Assembly: GCA_951406725.2 (NCBI GenBank)
Contig: OX597828.1
Location: 65,596,001 to 65,660,000 of the forward strand
Origin: Octopus vulgaris
Lineage: Eukaryota
Reading direction: 5' to 3'
DNA: 64,000 bases
Shown here: positions 56,745 through 64,000 of the stretch, piece by piece
Layout: each line of letters starts with the position of its first letter
Position numbering within the stretch: position 1 is the first letter of the stretch
Notes under the pieces: model-generated
Database searches by the model: none
What the model saw: the letters and a program-made list of their open reading frames with translations, nothing else
Told to the model about the DNA's origin: nothing
Translations under genes and position numbers: made by a program

Positions 56745-57197
56745 TATTGTTGTATTTAGGAATGGTAATTTTGCTAGTTTAGCCAATAAAAACACACGCA
56801 CTATATATTTGGTGTTACTTTGCTTCAGCGTTATTTATTTTTACATTAATCTTAATCTTATTTCGGCCAGAGTTCTTTCGTCACACTTCTGTGACCGCAT
56901 CAGTGGTCCTTTGTTTTCTTCTTTCTTATTTGTGTGTCTCTCTCCTTACTAACTGTCAGCCATTTTGTACTTTGTATTCCTATTGTATATGTCTTAATTT
57001 GCGCATGCGTATATCTCTATGTGTGTCTATGTTTAGTTAGTGTGTGGGGGGGAAGTGCCTGTAATATTTGTATCTCCTGTTTAATTTGTTTTAGTGCGTG
57101 CGTTTTTATTGGCTAAACTGGCAAAATGACCATTCCTAAATACAACAATATCTGTTTCAACACACGATTTCACATAAAAAATCTTGCAAAACAAATA
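56745..57197. mobile_element. Fold-back element: 59-bp inverted repeat, internal hammerhead, conserved tail
   Basis: 56745-56803 vs 57092-57150 inverted; tail TCTGTTTCAACACACGATTTCACATAAAAAATCTTGCAAAACAAAT is homologous to the 49581 tail. Confidence 0.82.
56865..56908 (-). ncRNA. Minimal hammerhead-like motif with CUGAUGCG core
   Basis: GACCA-CTGATGC-G-GTCAC-AGAAGT-GTGAC-GAAA-GAAC-TC-TGGCC. Confidence 0.65.
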
Positions 57198-57359
57198 TAT
57201 AAACGTATATGTTCATTTGAGTTGAATCTATTCAAAAGATCGAGAATATATTTGCGCATGCGTATGAGAATGTGAGTCAACGAAACCATCAATTATTTCC
57301 GCATATATACGAATGCATACTGTGTGTGTGTGTGAGTGTCAGTATATGCGTACGTGTGA

Positions 57360-57396
<37 letters not shown>

Positions 57397-57656
57397 CATC
57401 GATGTAGACATGTGTGAATGTATTTCTACCCACATGCACAAATGGAAAACAAATGATCGATATATAGGCAGGCATTTTGTAACAGTTCGAAGCTGAGGGT
57501 GCACCCGGTTGGCACTCAGAGTACGTTTATTACATTCGATCATTCAGTTTTATCATTACTTATCGAGAAACTACGTGGAGTGGTTGAGTTGCTCGCTTCA
57601 AACGAAGGTATGAGGCTGTGTGTGTGCGCACGCGCCCGTGTATGATATACATATAC

Positions 57657-57696
<40 letters not shown>

Positions 57697-57766
57697 TTTT
57701 ATATATCATATATGTCTACGTGTGTATATAATGCATATGCACACACACACACACACACACACACGC

Positions 57767-57797
<31 letters not shown>

Positions 57798-58706
57798 CAT
57801 ATATATATATATATATTTATACATGTGTACATATATATATGCATATACATACATATATGTATATTCGTGTATAAAGATATATATACATAATAACAACATA
57901 TTTATATGCATGTATGTGCATGTATACACACACAAACACACACACGCACGCACACACACACACACACACACATACACACACACGCACGCACATACACAAA
58001 GTGTCACACAAACTGACTGCAACACGCACTCTCCAACATCCTGTAGTTTATTTAAAACATTATTAATTCGGTATATAATTAAAGATCTGAAGGAAATATA
58101 TTAATTGAATATTTCAGCTTTTGCAAATGCTAATCTAGAATTTTAAGCATCAAAACTACATATACATTAATATATCATTATGTGTATGTATGTATGTGTG
58201 TCTGTGTATGTATGTATGTATGTATGTATGTATGTATGTATGTATGTATGTATGTATGTATGTATGTATGTATGTATGTATGTATGTATGTATATAGGCT
58301 CCAGGGACTACATGCCTGAGTATACCCTTGTGTGATTTTATGTATCCCTCCGGTGTATCTGGTCTGCACTTGTGGCTGTATGCGTTACTTGAAGGACAAA
58401 TCCGTACATGCTTTAGTAAGTACGTGAGTATCCGTACACCCTGTTAATACAAAGGTATGCTATCTTCGACTCTACCATGATGCCGTTGACACTAAATTAC
58501 CTCGATTGTATTGGAACCTGAAAATAATTTATATATATATACGTATATGTCTAGGTATACATATATAAATATATATATATATTGTATAGAGGGCATTATT
58601 ACACATAAATGCCTCACACTAAGAGGGACATAAGTCATTACTACCAAAATTTCACTAATCATACCTAATGCAGTTTTTCAAAGCAAGACATTTAAAAAAT
58701 GAATTT

Positions 58707-58773
58707 AGTTCTATATCACCTGTGATTTCACACTTACCGCATAAAAAATGCGTCTATGCTCATCAGTAGAACT
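58707..58773 (-). ncRNA. Intact type I hammerhead ribozyme
   Basis: AGTTCTA-CTGATGA-GCAT..CGCAT-T5-ATGCG..GTGT-GAAA-TCAC-AG-GTGA-TA-TAGAACT; 7-bp stem I, canonical core, self-pairing stem III, AUA triplet. Confidence 0.9.
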
Positions 58774-58926
58774 GATTCTGAACACATCATAAATAAACGA
58801 CCAACATTACCTGGCGAAGTCGAACAGACATCTGCTCTCTCCGGCGAAGCACATGGAGATGTTTATAAATCATATATTCGGTAAATGGCGGGCTTTTTCG
58901 AACTGCATGTCGGGTAGGAAAAGTTA

Positions 58927-58975
<49 letters not shown>

Positions 58976-58977
<2 letters not shown>

Positions 58978-59790
58978 TAGCAGTATTGCCCGGCTCGTGC
59001 GTTCTATGCACACACGAATTAAGCTAAACTTGGATGAAGTTCAATCAAAATTCAATTATTTTGGTTTTAAAATCAAGCATTTAATGCCCTCTATTTTTGC
59101 GCTTATGTGTTCCATTTCCTCAATAGGAAGTACATAAATTTTTGTTGATCAAATAATTGCATTATTGAATTATTCTTTTAGATCAGTATTTCTCAGCGGG
59201 GGTTTCAGGGGAGAGTTTCAGGGAATCGCCGGCGATGTATCGTGATGATCAAGAATCCGGCTTGCTAAAATTTGGCTAAAGTGATTCAAACTGCAGACTC
59301 AACACAAAATGGTCACATTTAATTCAAAGCGTTAAAAATGTTATGAAAACAATTGGTATATGTTCACAAAGTCCAAACGATTAATACGAAAAAACCCTCC
59401 AGGCTACATCCCGAAAATTCATTTCTTCGCCGAATTTCTACAATGTTTACGGCGATTCGTTTTTATATCTTGATTTTTATTTTTCATGCAATTTACGCGT
59501 GCTTGCACGCGTGGTGAACACAGTTCACGTCAAACAGCTGACTGAGTAAAGTTCACTATTCAATGCATAGGATAAGGCCTAAACAAACACATTATCGATT
59601 TTTGCACTTGCAAGATGAATTTCGGAACAGAAATAGCGCAGTTCAATTTTCATTCGCCTAAACTTTAAGTTACCCATTTTTGGTGGTTCTACGATTTGTT
59701 GGCTAGGAGATGTGCCGGGAAGTTAAACACACAGACATACACACAGATAGACACACAGATACACAAGTTGAGTTTTATATATATAGATAT
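58976..59790 (-). mobile_element. Non-autonomous Helitron-like element
   Basis: Plus strand starts ACTAGCAGTATTGCCCGGC and ends ...GAGTTTTATATATATAGA, matching the terminal pattern of 19556-19922; inserted in (TA)n. Confidence 0.6.
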
Positions 59791-59960
59791 ATATATATAT
59801 ATATATATAATCTACAGGCGGGGAATGAACATACTGCCATCATGTTCTTAATGATGAACTTAACCTCTCTGTCTGTCTATATATTTACCCTCTTTGTAAT
59901 ATTGGCAAATGAAATAAGTATAAGAATGTACATTGTCCGTTTAATTGAAAAATTCTATAT

Positions 59961-60046
59961 GTGGCTGAAGATTGCTCGACATTTTAAAACTGATGTAATA
60001 CTTACAGTGTTTAATAAAATGAAGTAGCATGAAACAATTATACTAC
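59961..60046 (+). ncRNA. Type I hammerhead ribozyme, same family as 39186-39293
   Basis: GTGG-CTGAAGA-TTGCT...AGCAT-GAAA-CAATTA-TA-CTAC. Confidence 0.75.
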
Positions 60047-60179
60047 TCTACCTTGGATATCTTTGTTGCTCATTTTGATTATAATCACCCCATTTGATTT
60101 ATATTGATAATACCATACAAAACTCTGGTGCCTTTAACTTAAGTACCATATTCATCTGAATCTATATATATATATATAG

Positions 60180-60331
60180 TCTATTCAAATAGACAAATAA
60201 TTCAAATAAACGGATAAAAAACGAAGAAAAGAAAACAACGAGCGTGAGGACGTACACAAGGAGTATGTTACCTTGACGCTCGGGGAAAGGAGGGTTTTTA
60301 ACTTTTCGGGCATAGCTCTTCGTCATAAAGG

Positions 60332-60332
<1 letters not shown>
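60180..60332 (-). mobile_element. Short repeat, family A, with degenerate hammerhead at 60296-60330
   Basis: TTT-ATGACGA-A-GAGC-TAT-GCCC-GAAA-AG-TT-AAA; downstream sequence matches 28285-28370. Confidence 0.65.
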
Positions 60333-60413
<81 letters not shown>

Positions 60414-61795
60414 ATCGATGGGCGGTTGAGTTTGTTTAAAGGAGTTTCCCATTGAGACTTGGGTGTTTCTGTTGTTACTTATTTATTCATTTCCCATGAA
60501 ACATTTATTGTTGAAACATAGATAGCATGTGTATGAGAGTGTTTGTGTCTGAGCGAGTATGAGTGTGTGCGCATGCGCATGCACATCACTGTGAATCCGA
60601 ACTGAAGTTTCAATATTATAAAACCTCACTGTGAGTAAAATAAGAACGTAAACGTACACTTTCCAATCCAATGAGGAACAGAACAAAAGAAGGAAGAAGT
60701 CTCCTGGCAGACCGTTTTATGTTTGGCTTATCAATTCTCATAGAAGACGTGCCCGGACTCTTTTCACCACTTGATAGCATAGATTAGGTACATTTTCCCT
60801 GAGAAGCGGTCATGAAAACGTGGAATAGAAAGCCAGGAAACTTTCTCCCTCTTTTTTCCGCATATCAGTAGTACAAACACACACACACACACACACACGC
60901 TTTTAATGAAATTGTCTGCAAATACCTTTCAGATAGTGTAGGTTCCAATTATATCAAAATTTGTTGAGAAAATTTTTCTTCTGGGAAGTATGGCAGAAGA
61001 CTTTCGGATAATTCACAAAAGTCTACTTAGTCTTCTCATAACTTTCAGATGATATATTTTGTGATTATATTTAATTGTGTAGAAGAAAAATCAACAGGCA
61101 CGCCCATACTGACACACATCAGAGTCTATATATGTTCAAAAATGCCGTTTCGATTTTAAAATGCTATTTTTCACTAAATACGATCTTCAACCAAACTTGC
61201 TGCACATTAAAGTAAAAAAAAAAACTTGTTTTATATAACTGGATGAGCAAGGTGGTTGACTTAGAAATTCGAATTAATTCCATTTTTATGTATTTATTTC
61301 TTATAAAACATTTAAAATACACTGTATTAAATCCGTCTTTTTTTCCTTTTTTCTTTTTTTTTTTTTTTGAGACATTGCGATATTGTGAAGTCGTTGGTAA
61401 GGAAACTTTAAAGAAATCATTTTAAAAAGAACTGCCCAAAATATTCCTCAAGTAAAATAACTGAAGTGTCGTTACTTAACGTAAATGCGTCGTAAAGAAT
61501 ATTAAATTATAAGCCATCAATTTCATTGTAATGTTACGAGTGTCCGTGTGTGTTTATGTGTTTGGCTTGTAGAGTTATGATATTCATAAGTAATAGCTAA
61601 AACTAGTTATTCCCTCAAGCTTATATAGTATTTTAACATTTTCTCCTCGCTTTAAATATTTAACTTAGTTATCACTCTAGTTGGTTTCTGGATATGAAGT
61701 ACTTTTTACACCGAATAACTACGATAAAGTAGTCAGATAAAGTTCACAGATTATAAGACATTTTAAGGTGGAAATAAGCTAAAAAATCTTTGGTA

Positions 61796-61837
<42 letters not shown>

Positions 61838-61899
61838 CATCATCATCATCATCATCATCATTATTGTTGTTTTTGTTATTATTATTATTATTATTTACT

Positions 61900-62515
61900 T
61901 TTAATCTGCATCTTTGTTACAATCACTTGCCGAGACACACCTAGCGTCCTAGGACGGGTGAAGGATAAGAGATGTTACAGTATGACTGAAAACTTGGAAA
62001 GGAGGAGTGACAGGGGCAGTAGCGAAAAGTCTTTATGTAATACAACACAGACGTTTAAATTGATAGAGTTATTGTAAAGAAGTGGGCAGTACTTGTCATC
62101 ACAATCTTTTGGATTTCTCTGAGACATGGTTCTCCTGGGATATTATCTAGATATTTCTGACATCCCTTTCTTATCATACCTAGGGCACCCACAATAACAG
62201 GAACACTTCCCGCTTTAAAATGCCACATATTTTGTATTTCAATTTCGAGGTCCTTATATTTACTTAATTTGTCAAATTCTTTCACAAATATATTTTTATC
62301 AGTGGGAACATTTACATCTATTAGTCTACAAGTGTTTTCTTCCCTGTCTTTAAAAACTATATCTGGTCGATTATCCTGGATCGTACTGTCGGTGTTGACT
62401 GAAGAATCCTAGAGGATAGTAACATTTTTACCTTCTCTGCTTTCACACCTGAGCTTCAAACTGAGAGTACTTTACGCAATATGTGTGCAATTCCAAGTAA
62501 TGTCCACTTTTGCAA
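61900..62515 (-). pseudogene. R4/Dong-like RLE fragment(s) between (ATT)n tracts
   Basis: DNRPDIVF...LIDVNVP.D.NI..KEFDKLSKYKDLEIEIQNMWH...VIVGALG...EIQKIV; second stub LQKWTLLGIAHILR at about 62470-62515. Confidence 0.85.
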
Positions 62516-62516
62516 T

Positions 62517-62551
<35 letters not shown>

Positions 62552-62859
62552 TGTTGTTGTTGTTGTTGTTGTTGTTGTTATTATTATTATTGTTATTATT
62601 ATTATTAGTATTATTGTTGTTGTCGCCATAGTTGGGGGTGCGTTTTTGTTGTGCTGTAAGTTTATGACTAATTCACTTGTTTTAAAAGGTTCTGTACTGT
62701 ATTTTGTTGTTTAAAGCCTTTTGCAAGTCAGCTGCCCTTCTGGATGGTGGGGGTGGGGCCTGACGTTCGTTAACCAAAGCCCCATTTTGGTGGTGATACA
62801 AACCTTTTTGCTGTCAAATATCTTCGAAAATTTGCTTCGAAGAAAGTAAACATTGCAGA

Positions 62860-63625
62860 TGGCGACGAAGATGACGGGGGTGAGGAAGGGAGGTGGTACG
62901 GCAATTTGCACGAGCACTTCCCCGTCCTCCCCACCTTGATTGGCAGTAGACAGCAAGAAGGAAGAAGAAGAAGAAGAAGAAGAAGAAGAAGAAGAAGAAG
63001 AAGAAGAAGAAGAAGAAGAAGAAGAAGAAGAAGAAGAAGAAGAAGAAGAAGAAAGGCCAGAGGAAGGAAGAAGTAAAGTCTTCCTCACTACATGGAAATT
63101 GTAGTAGCACGAGGAACAACATTGACAACAATTACGAAGAGTCTAATAAAAATGGAGTAAGCGGCGAGTAAGTAATTGTTTAACATCTCATTGGAGAACA
63201 AAATAGAAAAACTAAATTATATGAGAATGAATGGAAGAAGGGCAGAATTGACGCCTCTGAGCGACGTACTTGAAGCAACAGTCAAACGGACAGTTGTCTG
63301 CAGGCGCGTGAACAGAAAGACAAGGGAACTCGAAAACGCTAAACGCGACCTGGTGGGAAAAGCCTTGAAAGAAAGATGGCAGAATATTCACCACATTGTA
63401 AGAGTGAGACAGTACAGCGGGGTAGAGGTCTTTTTTAAGACTGAAGGGCAGGCGATACAGAGCTCGGTGACCACACGTAGAACCGAGGAAATCGCCTTCT
63501 TCTCAACGTACATGGGAAGAAAGGTGGTATGAATTATGGTACTTGGAGTCCCACCAGGCCTGGATTTATGGTGGATTCTCCCTGTATTTGTACGGACGAG
63601 GGAGAGAATCTCCTGGATGTTAAAT
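62860..63625 (+). pseudogene. Possible LINE ORF1-like remnant with (GAA)n tract
   Basis: ORF 63176..63532 is non-repetitive and purine-rich (IVRVRQYSGVEVFFKTEGQA...TYMGRK); family assignment is a guess. Confidence 0.3.
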
Positions 63626-64000
63626 TAATTTACTGTTTTCTATTGCTATTGGTCAGCTATTTCATAGCTACAAGTGTGACACAGATATTCGAACATGAAA
63701 CCTTATATTAATCAACTATATGACGATCTGTCTAGAAAGTCTAAAATGAGTTGCTTCTTCCTGTTCATAAAATATTAAATAGTTCAATTAATTGCCTATA
63801 CAGACTTCGGATGTGTAAGGCTAGCGAATGTGTGTGTGTGTGTGTGTTTGTGTGCGTGTATGTGTGTGTGTACGTGTTTGCATCTGCATGTATACATGTG
63901 TACACATAAAATCGACAAAACAATAATATATACTATCGCTAATATTTCATCATTGAAACAACCATTTACAGCAACCATTTGTAAATTCAGACAGCCAATA

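Overview
AT-rich eukaryotic DNA made almost entirely of repeats. The (TA)n/(TATG)n/(ATT)n microsatellite load and SINE content resemble an octopus/cephalopod genome (inference from composition). I found no supportable host protein-coding gene; most ORFs in the track are microsatellite artefacts. The window holds five decayed Penelope-like retroelements (PLEs, RT + GIY-YIG, Naiad-like motifs), R4/Dong-, RTE- and Tx1/L1-like LINE fragments, Tc1 and mariner relics, Helitron pieces, a MITE with an 8-bp TSD and about 18 tRNA-derived SINEs. The main signal the ORF track misses is RNA structure: about a dozen type I hammerhead ribozyme (HHR) motifs, intact or mutated, in about eight sequence families, several with non-canonical cores. 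Some lie 3' of PLE ORFs; others sit in short non-coding elements with a repeated 'inverted copy + conserved tail' fold-back layout, often embedded in (TA)n. A non-autonomous Helitron family also ends in a full palindrome whose loop occurs in both orientations. All structures were folded by eye; coordinates of decayed elements are approximate.
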